This document shows, in pieces, positions 48,328 to 60,989 of a DNA stretch of 64,000 nt. The position numbers and the translations under genes are program-made. The stretch is from Gekko japonicus (taxonomy: Eukaryota): NCBI RefSeq assembly GCF_001447785.1, contig NW_015173136.1, forward strand, positions 101,954 to 165,953. The letters run 5' to 3'. The notes under the pieces were generated by a model. It had not been told where the DNA came from. It searched no databases and saw only the letters and a program-made list of their open reading frames with translations. Each line of letters starts with the position of its first letter. Position 1 is the first letter of the stretch.

Positions 48328-49274
48328 AGGATGTTATCCTGTACATAATTAACTTGAGCTTATTGAAATAATGGGGAACCAGGTAAATCATTTGGTTGTA
48401 AAAGAAACCTTTGTAATTAAAGGCATTAACAGTACATGTAAAACCCTAGAGTAAAGGATAATATGCAATAATATAACAAGTATTTCAAAAATGTTGAAGA
48501 CATCAGATCAGGAGTATGTTCTGAAAATGTTTATCATGGTTGCAGGTTTGTAATTCATAGAAGCACAAATAGTAGTAGTTTGAAAACATCAGGGTGATCT
48601 GAAGGCATCAGAGATAAGTTGCGGCCACTTTTTTCATGTTCTTTTTATATTTTTATATGTCACTTGTGGCAGTGTATTGGTTCTGTGCATTTTAGAAGTG
48701 CTGGTGGAACTCAGAGAGCTGAAAGCCGGGGGGGGGAGGAGGAAAAAATTGTTACATAAGAAGCATTAGATAATAATGGGGGGGGACTTGCAAAAACTTG
48801 TGGGAGGCATCTCATTTCTTTCCCCCCACTATTTCTTCTTTTCCTTCCCTGAAAGTCCCCACAGCTTCTCCCCTTTTCCTAAATCCCTCTATCCTTTCCA
48901 CCCAGCAGCCCATCTACATTTACCTGCCCTACATTTACCTACAACTTCCGCATTTCCTCCTTCCCGCCTCCAGCAGTAAAAGTCTGGGCTAGTTGCACAG
49001 TGCCAGTCACTGGGCTGGGCCTAGGGTTGCCAGGCACAGCTTGGCAATTGACTGGAGATGGGCAAGGTGGAGATTTATATTTCGTCCACCATTTCGTCCA
49101 GCTGAGTGGTAGCAGGCATGGCAATTGGTAACCCAAACTGGATGAAGATGCATGGGTGGGAAACATGCAAGGATTTTTTTTGGGGGGGGGGGTTCCTCAT
49201 TTTCACCTATATCTGTCTGGCCTCACTATTTCCTCTTTTTTGTTTCTTGGCAACCTACCTTTTATCTTCCCCTT

Positions 49275-49446
49275 TTCAGCTATGTTGTTATTTATATTTC
49301 CTTTATATCCCACCTTTCTCTCTCATAGGCTAGGCTGAGTGTGTGTGACTGGCCCAAAGTCACCAGTGAGCTCCCATAGTAGAATGGGGATTTAAACCTG
49401 GGTTTCACCAATTCTCATCTGAACTTGAACCACTACATCACACTGA
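49275..49446 (-). mobile_element. Older Squam3-type SINE, internally deleted
   Basis: TTTATATCCCACCTTTCTC...GACTGGCCCAAAGTCACC...GGGGATTTAAACCTGGG...AACCACTACATCACACTG. Confidence 0.7.
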
Positions 49447-52400
49447 CTGTCATAGGGTGGCTTCTGTTCAACAGCAGCAAACAGCTGGGCCTGAGTAAGT
49501 CATGCTAGCCATGTTCTGTCATGGTTACTATCCGACCTGGCCACAGTGAGTTCTCCCTCAAAGGCCAAAATAGCCCTGGAAAGGGTTATGCCTCTCCTGC
49601 TTCCTTTTATTGACAGAAACCAAAGTTTGAAGGCTGGCAACACTGTTGTGCTTGCCTAGCAATGGCCAGTGGTGGCATTCGTTTCTTAAAATGCTCCTCC
49701 TTTCATTTTGGAGGGGGTTTAACTCCCAATTTTATTTTATTTTGTAAGATTCCAGATTTTTCTGCAACCCTGGTGCTGTTCTTAGGTTTGTAGAAAGAGC
49801 TGTATTGTCTGTGCTTGGCCACAGATTGGGCCATGTTGAGAATTAGATGCATTGATAATGCCTGTGTATAGTGAAGACATTTACAATATATTTTCAAGAA
49901 TACAGTTTTTAAAAAGAATTTGCGGCAATTAATGTGCTATAATCTGTTTAATTATAATACATAAAGAGTTTAGTAGACTCAGTGTTAAAAAGTATAACTT
50001 GATAGCAAAGTATGCTGGCAGTCCTACCTGTTCTGAGTGTATGTTTCTGTTCAAATAATACTTTTTGTTTGTTTGTATTTTGATCTCTGTGTTTACCTAT
50101 TATATTTTTGACTTTTTGGCAAAAACAGATATATATTTGCTAAGGTAGCATAAAGTGTAGCAGTTTGCAACTCTCATTCAAGTATTGGGTATATTAGCTA
50201 TATTTCCTTTAGAAAACCAGGACATTTATAGTTTTAAATTCCTTAAATATTCCAAATAGTACAATTTTACACAATAAGCTATAAATGACGCATTCTAACT
50301 TGTTAAATCAATAAAGTGAGTTTAGGTTTTATAGGAAAGTATTACAAATATTTAGCCCCCCCGATATCTGGGTTTTCCCCCCACTCACCCACCCTGAAAA
50401 TAGTTTTTTCCTCCAGGGCTTCAGAATTTCTGGAAAGTTTACATCTTTAATGTGACTACAGCATGCATATTGGAAAGCCTAGGTATGCTTCACCACAGGT
50501 GGTCAGTTCTGTCAAATAGCATTACTGATGAGGTCTTACTTTGAGAAAATTCAGACATTGCTTTCTGGAATAACTTCAGTGCAATGGAAGGTACCGTCAG
50601 ATATTAATGTGACTTGGATTGTCACTGGTGTTGTCATGTGTTGGGATTCCTTTATGTGAATATGTTGGACAAACGTGGTCTTTGTCTTTGCATAGAAGAC
50701 TTACACATTGGCCAAGACACGTTTTACCAAGATGTATTTACATACAATTGAGACCAAAAGTTACATAATATTTTCTCAATTTTCCATATATTGAAAGTTC
50801 CACGTACTCTGGCTTCTAGCTGGCTTATCATGCAGAAAAACAAGACAGAATGATCTTGAGAGTGCTGGTTGGATGCTGATACCATAATTTTGTATATATG
50901 ATCCTAACCAGTCATATTCATAAGAGCAAGTCGTACTTGAGGTACAGATTTAATTTGACAGCCATTCTGACATTGCTAGTTAAAAGAATTTGTATGCTTG
51001 GGCATTTCCTGTCTCATCGTTTCGTGGGCAGAATCCAAGCTAGTATATCTTCATTGAGATCTTCTCTGAAACCTTGCTTAAACATGTCACCAGTGGGGTT
51101 TTTTTTTCAATTGCTTGTCAGTAGAGACACTCTTCCTGAGCTGTCATAAATGGAATTGTGAAAGAATCCTTTCACATAGCAAGGAGAATCTTCCATATAA
51201 TTTATTAGCAGAAGAATACGTGGTTGTCTTTTTCTCCAAGTTGTTTTCCCTGGGCTCGTTGTAAAGGGGAAAGGGTTAGGGTTGCCAGCTGTAGATTTAG
51301 GGGTGGAGATTTAGGGGTGGAGCCTGAGGAGGGTGGGGTTTGTGAACAGGAGAGATTTCAGTGCTATAGAGGCCACCTTCCAAAGCAGCCATTTTCTCCA
51401 GGTGAAATGATCGCTATTGCCTGGAGATCAGTTGTAATCCCAGGAGTTTCCCAGTCAACACCTGGAGGTTGGCAACCATAGAAAGGGTGGACTAAGTTGC
51501 TAAGTAGTTTGTGTCTGGCTGAGCAACCTGGTCCTTCTGTCTCTGCCCTTTCCTCCACCCTTGAGCTTCAGAAGCAACTAGCGAGTAAAATGTGTAAGGC
51601 TTTGGACAATATTTTGCCTCTAGTACTATCGTTGCCAGAACGTAGCTTGGAAATTAGTTTGCTGTTTTATTGTTCAGTTTTAGACTATCCTATCTTCTTG
51701 TGTGTATCTAAAGTTATGTTAAATAATGCATTGCAAGGTGAAGCTGAACATTTGCAGGAAAAACATGCAGCTTTTATTGTGTTTGTGTTTGACAGATGCA
51801 CATGACAGTTTGTCGAAGTCTCTTTGTTTAATAACCTTTTCTTTTGCCAGTTTTTGGTCTTGCTCTTTCTAGCTTAGCACAGTTGTACTGCAATACATAT
51901 TGCTATATCACTTAGGGAGGTTTTTTGTGTTTTTTTTTAAATAAATGTTTTTCTACCATGGCCTTTGTAAACATTCTGCAGATCAATGTCTGTGAGTAAT
52001 GACTTGAATTTTTGAGATGTTAATGCTACATTGTCCAGTCTGCATTATGTGAGCCTCCTTTAGTGTTGTTTCCAACAAGGCACACATCTCTGTCATCTGA
52101 ATCTTGATATGTATTGAAATAAAATGAGCACCTCTTTGCAAGCAGACTCACTGTCTTTAAAAAATGAGCCAAAAGGAGAGGAGATGTAAAGGAAAATGGG
52201 TTGCATTACAATGGGGTTAAAGTATTTAAGCTGTGAAGGGGGGGGGGGATCAGAGGCCAAACAGAACACTAAGAAAGAAATGCAAAAGAGAAAAGATGAG
52301 TTTTTAATGATTCATGAAAGTGAGACAAAGAGGAAGTTGGCTGAATAACTAAGGGGAGAGAGGCTCATGACACAGAAGGGCCCTGCAAGGGAGAGCAGGG

Positions 52401-52486
52401 AGAGGAGAATAGCACAAGGGGTGTGAATGAGAAGGTTTACAGTGCAACCTAGGCAGAGCCACACCCTTGTAAGTTCAGTAACGTCA

Positions 52487-53067
52487 GGGTGCAGTCACAT
52501 GCGCCAGATAAAACGCGGGGGGGGGGAAGGGAGCGAGGCTATTTCCTCCAGAGGAAATACACCCTCAGTGGCACGATCACACCTCTCTTTGACGCTATAG
52601 GTGCAGCCCGTCAGTGTGTGATCAGATGCAACTGCGAGTGAGTCTTTTTTGTGTGTGCCGTTTGTTTTCCATGAGCTTAAACGAGAAATTGATGAACCGC
52701 ACCTCCACACTGAGGGATCCCTATGGAGTTTGTGATGATGCGCATACTGAGAAGGGGGGAAAAACAATGGCATGGAGTCGGGATGGCCTGATCAAACAAT
52801 CCCAATGGCATGAGAGTGCACTGGAGCCATCAGACAGGGGGAAGTCCATCAGTGGCCCGTCACAACCCGTTTTCTATCGGATTTCCCCCGGTGTCTTTTA
52901 ACTCCACTTCTGTGGCAGAGCAGAATGGGTTGCTGATGGCTGTGGGTCGCTCCCCAGATTTGTTGTCTGATCGGCGGGGAGGACAGGATACAAATCAAAC
53001 AAATAATTAAAAAATCTGCCCGGCATTCACGACTATGTCAGGTCTAATTGTGCGTATTATCGCAGCC
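52487..53067. mobile_element. Harbinger/PIF-like element (581 bp) inserted in a palindromic MITE (52439-53091)
   Basis: 3-bp TSD TCA at 52484-52486 and 53068-53070. Imperfect TIR GGGTGCAGTCACATGCGC / GTGCGTATTATCGCAGCC. The host halves ACAGTGCAACCT and AGGATTGCACTGT rejoin when it is removed. Confidence 0.72.
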
Positions 53068-53974
53068 TCAGTGGGTTAAGGATTGCACTGTTAATTATTT
53101 GGACATGAGGACTAGAGATGTAAAATTTCCAGGAGCTTTGAAGCCATGAGGACAGCATGGAAATGTTGAGAAAAGTTGAAATACGTGCAAAATGTACTTT
53201 CCTATCATGCTTAACTTGCTTTACAACCATAACATAAAATGCCCATTTATAACTTAGTGTATAAATTTGTACTGAGGCATGTTTATGAAATTTCAAGTAT
53301 AGTGTCTTGGTTTTTACACATAAAACTGCAAATATATCCAGTGCTTAAAGAGAACTAGTAAAAATTGCTGTACTGTATGCTGCCTTAGCATATGCATCTT
53401 AGTGTTTGTCATCTGGGAGGTGGGAGAAAAAAACCCTTGAAAATAAAAAACACAGATTTTGTAGAAAACAATAAAAATTGTGTTGCCTGGACAGGGAAAC
53501 CCCCCTCCCCAAATACCCCTAATAGTGTTAGCAACATATTTGGATGTAGAATTAACCTTTATTACACTGAAGCCTCTGAATTACTCAACAGTGCATTATC
53601 ATTATACACAGTAGTCCTCCGTATTCCTCCCCTTTTTCAGGCCCTCACATTTCTAATTTTGACCTACGAAAGGAATAAAGAGAGTAAGCGCTGGAGATTA
53701 GGAGGGTTGAAGTTATGAAAAAAATTATACGTTAGAATGAAGTCTTACCTTAATATAAATAACAGAAGTCAGTGAAGACAAACCTACAATGTATAATGTG
53801 ATTAAAGTGAGATGAAAGAAAAAGATAAGTGAGCAAAGGAGTTAAAAAAGGATGAATTTTACAAACATCAACAAATTTCAGAGCAGTACAGTAAGCCAAA
53901 AAAGAGATCAAAGATAATGCCTAAGCCCACAGTGTTGAATCCAATCAGCTTTTCCACTGGTACAAGGGTGAACA

Positions 53975-55414
53975 TTAAGAACATAAGTGAAGCCATGTTG
54001 GATCAGGCCAATGACCCATTCAGTCCAATACTGTCACACAGTGGCCAACACTCAGGTGCCGTCAGGGAACTCTACATGTTAATTACTCTTTGGGTGAAGA
54101 AGTACTTCCTTTTACCTGTTCTAAACCTACTGCTCATTAATTTCATTGAGTGCCCACGAATTCTTGTATTATGAGATAGGGAGAAAAGTACTTATTTCTC
54201 TACCATCTCTAGCCCATGTATAATTTTGTAAACCTCTGTCATGTCACCCCTCAGTCGTCGTTTCTCCAAGCTAAAGAGTCCTAACCTCTTTATCCTTTCA
54301 TCATAGGGAAAGTGTTCCATCCCCTTAATCACAGGCCCTTTTCAGACTGTGTGTGTATTCTGTTTCAGTAACTGGTTACTGATTTTTTTTGCCTGTCATT
54401 TCAGACAGACTGCTAGTGGACTTTATTTACCTTTTCATACAATCCCCGTTGTCTCTGGTTGGTGAAGTGTACCTGACGTGTTGTTGACAAAAACTGCTTT
54501 CTTCCCATTTTCAACCCCTTCTTGCGTTTCTGAATTGCTGTGTTGCACTGTATAAAATGCCCATTAGTGCTTCCTGCTTTACCGTTTTTCCCCTGCCCTC
54601 TTTTGCCATTCATGCACGATGGTGCTGAAACAGGACTTCAAATCGGCGGCCTGACGTGTTGTTGACAGAAACTGCGTTCTTCCCATTTTCAACTCCTTGC
54701 GTTTCTGAATTGCTATGTTGCACTGTATAAAATGTCTATAAAACTGTATAAACTGTATAAAATGTCCACTAGTGCTTCCTGCTTTACCGTTTTTCCCCCG
54801 CCCTCTTTTGCCATTCATGCACAATGGTGCTGAAACAGGACTTCAAATCGGCGCCATAGCGGCACCATTGAGATGCCTGGACTTCATTGAGACACACTGA
54901 GATACATGTGATTGCAGCTGTTGTCACTTGGAAACTCTGTCACGCCAGTCACTGAAGCCCAAAGCTCCTGCTTAAACCCACTGTCCAATGAGCTGCTTCT
55001 GTCCTCCTTATTTTCAGGTGACAGCAGTTGCAATTGCATGTGTCACAGTGTGTCTCAATGGAGGCCAGTGATCTCAATGGGATTGCTGTTGCACTGATTT
55101 GCAGTCCTGTTTCAGTGCCATAGCGCTCCCAATAAAATGTTAAAAAAACTCTGAGAAAGATAGCGCGGGGGGCAAAAAAGGGCAGGAATAAAGTGGTGCA
55201 GTTTGAAATGGCCATAACGCTTCAGGGATGGCTCATTAATGGGAAGAATATCACTGTGTGAAACCCCCGTCCCTGTATCGCTTTACAAGATGATGGTCCA
55301 ATAACAAATACAATCAGGTTTAGAAAGGTACTGTTGCCCTTTTGTGCACTTTTTCTAATGCTATAATATCTTTTTTTGAGGTGCGGTGACCAGAACTGTA
55401 CACAGCATTCCAAA
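53975..55414 (-). mobile_element. CR1 LINE 3' fragment split by a roughly 1-kb insertion
   Basis: Reverse frame ECCVQFWSPHLKK (CR1 ORF2) at 55413 resumes at about 54330. Ends in a CTTATGTTCTTA tail. Confidence 0.9.
54332..55332. mobile_element. About 1-kb unclassified insertion (Harbinger-like ends) with an internal tandem duplication and a long hairpin
   Basis: Imperfect ends AGGCCCTTTTCAGAC / GTTTAGAAAGGTACT. About 180-bp duplication (54471-54649 / 54650-54852). Inverted arms 54825-54934 / 55011-55120. Confidence 0.7.
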
Positions 55415-55829
55415 TCTCATCTCAGGGTGATCTCATCCAATTCCCCATCCTGTATAGCTTGTCTTTGTGGGTCTATAATTCCTGATATGCCCTTTATGGG
55501 GATCAAAAGAGCTGGGCTGGACTGGTAGGGCTATTTACTCCAGTATGGGTATTTCTAGAGATTTGAGGGCAGTTGCTGGGGAGAGCAGAATTTGAGGAGG
55601 GGAAGGAGCTCAGTGGACATGTGATGCCACAGAGTCTGCCCTCTGAAGCTGCAGTTTTCTCCAGAGGGCTGATATCTGTGGTCTGAAGATCAGTTTTAAT
55701 TCCAGTGGAGAATATATATACACATTAATTTGAGTTTCACAATGATTGTCATATTGCGTGCAATTTACAACTTTGGGCAGGACTGAGCCAATAAATGTCT
55801 CATATGTGTGTTTTGAGGGAGTCCAGCAT

Positions 55830-56106
55830 TTGTTGTTGTTCAGTCGCACAGTCGAGTCCGACTCTTTGCAACCCCATGGACAAAATCTCGCCAGGCCCTC
55901 CTGTCTTCCTTTTGATGTTGAGCTTCAAGCCCACTTTTGTGCTCTCCTCTTTTACCCTGAGCAAGAGGCTCTTTAGGTCCTCTTCACTTTCTGCCATTAG
56001 AGTGGTATTGTCTGCATATCTGAGGTTGTTGATCTTTTCCCCAGCAATCTTAATTCCCACTTGTGATTCATCCAGGCCAGCAGTTCGCATGATGTACTTA
56101 GCATAG
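55830..56106 (-). mobile_element. Bov-B LINE fragment: RT segment joined directly to the 3' tail
   Basis: IMRTAGLDESQVGIKIAGEKINNLRYADNTTLMAESEEDLKSLLLRVKEESTKVGLKLNIK (YADD decayed to YADN), then CCATGGGGTTGCAAAGAGTCGGACTCGACTGTGCGACTGAACAACAAC. Confidence 0.93.
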
Positions 56107-57404
56107 CTAGAGGCAAATGAGCCTTAAATAAGGGCAGAAGCAGTTGATGTTTCATCAGCAGAGATTTGACTCATTTCAGTGATCAACAGTGCCTCCGAGC
56201 TCTGAATCCAGACTCTATCCAAAAATCTTAATGTGTTTCTGAATTGTTCCACTGTGATTTCTTCACAAATTGAACTAAAATCTGTATGCATCTATGGTTA
56301 AAAACAACACTAACCTATTTTAAAAGGATTTGAGATAACTTGCTGAAACTCCATAGGAGCAGATTATTTGAAAATTGTGAATTTGCTTGAGAATAGTTCT
56401 ACATGGGCAAAATAACAAAGTAGTACACATATCATGAACCTTCTCAAGGTAGGAGTTTTGTCTGCTTGATGTTTGGAAGAGATGTTTCATTTCAATATAC
56501 TTTTATGGGAAGTGGCAACTAGTATTTAATATCTGGTACCCTTACATTTTTCTTTTCCTGCAGAAAATGCCACAAATGCTAATGTTTGCAAGTCCAGTCT
56601 GATACTCTTTTTGTGAGACAAGTGGCTACAGGGCTAGTCTTTACATGGTGGCACTTCCCCCAGAGCTCTGCTGGTGTCTTCATTGTAGGTTCCAGTTGAA
56701 GACATTTTGCTTTGTTCTGCTATTGGAAGTTTGTATTCCATTCTGGATTTGGGACTGTAAAGCTATGATCATCTGCTGCTATTGACACTCTGCTGTTGTG
56801 ATTGTGATCATGGTTTTACCGCCTGTGTTTCAAATCCTGTGCTCCTCATTTAGTTTAAAATTACAATATAATCATGATACTAAATTGTGGTATGAACTGC
56901 TTTGAGCAACTAAAATTGGAGATGTAAGGCTTAAATGTTTTTGATAATTTATGCAGGATTGAACCAAAGTACTTTGGCGTCTGAAACAGAAGATCCAAAT
57001 GTGAACCCTTGTAGTAAAAATATTACAAGAACTGAGCGGCTACGTGTTAATGATACTCAAAACACACCATCTGTGGCAACCTTACTCTGTGTAATGGAAG
57101 GTCTTGCCCTGTATTTGAAAAAGAAAAGAAGTTATTGATATAGGGATTTTCCTTCTTCCAAAGCAGAACCTGACACATAACTGCTTTTGTGTTAATTGTG
57201 CCTACTATTAGATAATAGTGTAGATTACGCTGCATTTCCATGTGCACCAGGAGTTCCCAACGTGGTGCCTGCCAACACCTTTCCCGGCACCTGCTAAAAG
57301 TGTTTTTAGAGAGCAGGCAGGGCTAGGTGGGACTTCGGCTCAGCAGGTCTTCTGATTGGCCATCGATGATCTGGCTGTGTAGCTTTTTTTGAACTGTTTC
57401 AGTA

Positions 57405-58121
57405 TAGGATTATCAGCCTCCAGGTGAGGTCTGGTGATCTTCTGGAATAACAACTGATCTCCAAACACCAGTTCCCCTGGAGAAAATGGCTGCTTTGGAG
57501 GGTGGACTGTATGGCATTGTACCCCGTTGAGGTCAAGTCCCTCCTCAGATCCTGCTCTGCGCAGGCTTCACCCTAGGGCCGCCAATCTCCAGTTGGAGGT
57601 GGGGGATCCCCCTGTTTGGAGCCTGTCCCCCTGCTTCAGGGCTATCAGAAAGCTTGGGGGGGAGTGGCCGCTGGGTGCTCCATTATACCTGATGGAGACC
57701 AATCCCCATAGGGTATAATGTAGAATCAGTCCATGGGTATCTGGGGCTTGGGGGGGGCTGTTTTTGGAGGTAGAGGTACCAAATTTTTAGCATAGCTGCT
57801 GGTGCCTCTCCTCAACCCCCCCCCCCCCCCCCCCCCCCAGTTTCAAAAAGATTGGACCAGGGGTATAATTCTATGAGCCCCCCCAAAAGATGCCCCATTC
57901 TCCATTATTTACAATGGAGGGGAAGGCATTTAACAGAAACGTGATCCCTTTAGATACGGCAGCCAGCTCACCTGGAACTCACTTCGGAATTCAATTGCAC
58001 TTCTTCCCTCCCTTCTCCCGAAGCCACCTGTTCAGTCCATGCCAGCTTGTCAGCCTCACCTGGCAACCCTACTCCACCCACAGATCTCTAGGACTTTCCC
58101 AACCTGGAGGTGGCAATCCTA
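57405..58121 (-). mobile_element. TAGGGTTGCCA-family MITE containing a longer nested element with the same TIR (57574-58071)
   Basis: Nested ends TAGGGCCGCCA / TGGCAACCCTA. TSD CTTCACCC/CTCCACCC (1 mismatch). The host sequence is continuous once the insert is removed. Confidence 0.85.
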
Positions 58122-59056
58122 CTTTGGCTGCAACTGCTGCCATAAAACAAGGATCTTCACTGCTTGATTGAAGAAAAAGCTGTGGGTATATAAGAAATAT
58201 TTTAAAACTATATGTTCATCTTGTGAAGCAGAGCTTCTGTCTGAAGTGTTGAGGAGTTACTATTAGAGATATGCATAACCTCGGAAATGCATATTCCAGA
58301 ATTCCAAAGATGTCTGCAGGCGTCCCCTGGTCTATGCTCAGCTCACTATCTCATTATCCAGCACGGCATATTATTCCAGAGAAATTTGTTTCCAGTCTGT
58401 TTTTAAACTGAAGCCTTTTGTTTTTCAAATATTTTGAATGGGTAGTAGATTATTATTACATGTCAATGTTTAACTTCTCACAGTTGACTATGCATTCACT
58501 CATATGGAAATTCTGTATGGATAGGAGAGTGTTGGTACAGATTTAACTCCACATATAACTCCTTCATTGCTGGCTATGTGCTTATTCCTACTTCTGCTAT
58601 TACCTGCAATCCTTCTATCACCAAATCATGGTGAGAAGATTGTGGAAACACATGGCATATATTTACCCTGGTATCCATGTATACCTTATGCAGACTTGTC
58701 ACACATGTACATGTCCACTGTAGTAAAGATGGTGGCTGAGAAGCTTACCACATAGTTTTGGCTGGGTTGGGGGGGGGGGCATGCAGACTCAAAAGAGAGT
58801 TCATGTAACAAGCCTTTAACTACAATAAGTTTGTGCTGAAATGTCTCAGATACGTTTACCTCTAAATCAGTTGTGCAGCTTTTTCATGGGGAGAGTAAGA
58901 GGGCTGGCCTAAATTTGCTTCAGATGAGCCAGTAAGAAAATTAAACAAAAGAAATGTTATCTCTAAAGCTTTTAAGTTTTAGCAACTTTTACCAGAGTGA
59001 TGCAGAAGGACAGATTAGGACTTGGTTCAGACATAATGGTAGGCCATAGTTGCTAC

Positions 59057-59511
59057 CAGGGATGAGCATGAAGCAGAAAAATCTGGTGGGGTCCTGGGCT
59101 GTCCTGAACCAAACCCTGAACCGAGACAGCAGTCCCTGAACCAGCCAGTTCAGATGCGGCCAGAAGGGGGGATCACCCAAGAAGGGTTTAATGGCTTTCC
59201 CATCTGCTGTTAAGTTTAAATGGCCCAAATCATTGAACCAAAACGGGCAGAAGTTTGGTAAATGTTTGGGGAAGACGCCTTGGAAGTGGTGTGTGTGTGT
59301 GTGAAATGGATCACTGAATTGCGTTGCAGCCATTTAAACCTAACAGCGGGTGGGTGCGCCCATCTGCTCTTAGGTTTAAATGGCCCAAACCAGGCAGAAG
59401 TTTGGTAAATGTTCAGGGAAGACATGTTCTCTGAACATTGGTTCAGGGGTCACAAACTGGGCCATATTCGTGATGAATTTTGGCTTGTGAACCAGTTTGT
59501 GCTCATCCCTA
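59057..59511. mobile_element. hAT MITE with Ac-like (C/T)AGGGATG ends (455 bp)
   Basis: CAGGGATGAGCATGAA / TTTGTGCTCATCCCTA. Perfect TSD GTTGCTAC at 59049-59056 and 59512-59519. Confidence 0.93.
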
Positions 59512-60076
59512 GTTGCTACTACATAGGGTTACCATATTTCTGCTGGGGCCAGGAGATTTCCTGACTGCAGTGGGCCTTGCCTCCTGGCATTCTAGCAGCC
59601 AGTGGGAGAAAGATTTTGTTATAAAAAATTCACAGTTGAAAGTGATATCAGCCCTCTCTAGGAATAGCAAAAAATGCTGTGGCATTACCATAGAGTTTCT
59701 GGGGATTCCTAGAGAAGAGGCATGATGCCACTTCATGTTTTTCTGGACATGACGTGAAGCCATTGCTGATGGCTGACCCGCCTCTATGTCCCTGCCCCAC
59801 CCGATCTCCTGCTGGTTGCCAGGCCGGGTCTCACCAACCCACTACTGTATGAACAAGCCAGGGGGAGATCATTGGATCCCGTGCTCCCCCCCTTTTGTGT
59901 GTAGCCAGTTAATTTATTTCTGTTTTTGCAGGCAACCATTGTTTGCCATTATATCTTAACACAGATCATTTAACCTGCACATGAAGATTCTAAGCAGAGT
60001 TTCATTCATATAGGATGGAATCCATGTTGGCAGGTAGAGTGCAAGCCATAGTTTCCTGGTAATCATGGTTTGCCAT

Positions 60077-60282
60077 CAGTGTTTCCTCTAAGCTGAGTCA
60101 GTGTGAGCCAGCTCACAGTTTTTTAGCCTCCGGCTCACACGTTTTTGTCTCGGCTCAGGAAGGGTGGTTCCAGAGCAAACTGATTCATGCAGCATCCCAA
60201 TTGCTCGCTCACAACTTTAATGCCGGTAGCTCACAAAGCAGAATTTTGGCTCACAAGACTCCACAGCTTAGAGGGAGCCTTG
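60077..60282 (+). mobile_element. 206-bp hAT MITE, same family as 39691-39896
   Basis: CAGTGTTTCCTCTAAGCT / AGCTTAGAGGGAGCCTTG. Perfect TSD TTTGCCAT at 60069-60076 and 60283-60290. Confidence 0.95.
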
Positions 60283-60989
60283 TTTGCCATTACAGTGGAA
60301 CTCATTTGTTAGCCGGCTGTGCATGTTTATGCACTAGAAAATCATGGTTTCTTATGTCTGAAATGAGCTTAATGGTATAAATGTTTGAAAAGAGAAGTAC
60401 TGGCTACAACTGAAAAGTAAACAGTATATTTCAGCACTATTACCTATCCATTTTTATAGACTCATCCCATGGGAAATGTATCACTATTTTCCTGTTTTAA
60501 AACAAGGGACAAAGTTTCATTCAGAGCTTGTCAGTGTTGTATTCTCTGTTTTCCCCCTGTGGTTGTGATTAGCAGCAGTACTCAGCAAAGTCAACAGACC
60601 TGCATTATACATTATACATTTAATTTAAAAAAATCAGTTGGATAGNNNNNNNNNNNNNNNNNNNNNNNNNNNNTGCTGAGTTACAATCCCTTGTTTGTGG
60701 AAGTCTTGTCCTAAAGAATCCCCCCCATTCGTTCTCCGAAGTATTTTGTAATAAGAGAAGGTTGAGTTTACAATGAACTGTTGATGTGGCTCCCTTTGTT
60801 GCAATACAGAATAATTTAATTGATTGCACTGGTCTGGGATTGGGGTGCAGGAGACAACACTGAATGCATTTGGTTAATTGCGTGTCAGGTAAATAGTAGT
60901 ACCTGTTTCATAAAGCTGCATTGGTGAGAAACTGTGACATTTTGCTTGTGCAGGCCAGCCACCAAAGGCTCTCTTACATCTACTCTGGT

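Larger units (their letters stand above)
59026..60362. mobile_element. Old TTCAGACATAA-ended element hosting three nested MITEs
   Basis: TTCAGACATAA (59026) / TTATGTCTGAA (60352-60362), with recurring AACCATGGTT-like motifs. Confidence 0.55.

Noticed and set aside
56540-56605. Strong acceptor followed by ATG CCA CAA (MPQMLMFASPV*)
   Set aside because: Stops after 11 codons, has no convincing donor, and is followed by an L2-like relic.
56955-57092. Exon-like open frame GLNQSTLASETEDPNV...
   Set aside because: Weak pyrimidine tract and donor, no recognisable protein similarity. It cannot be supported without RNA data.
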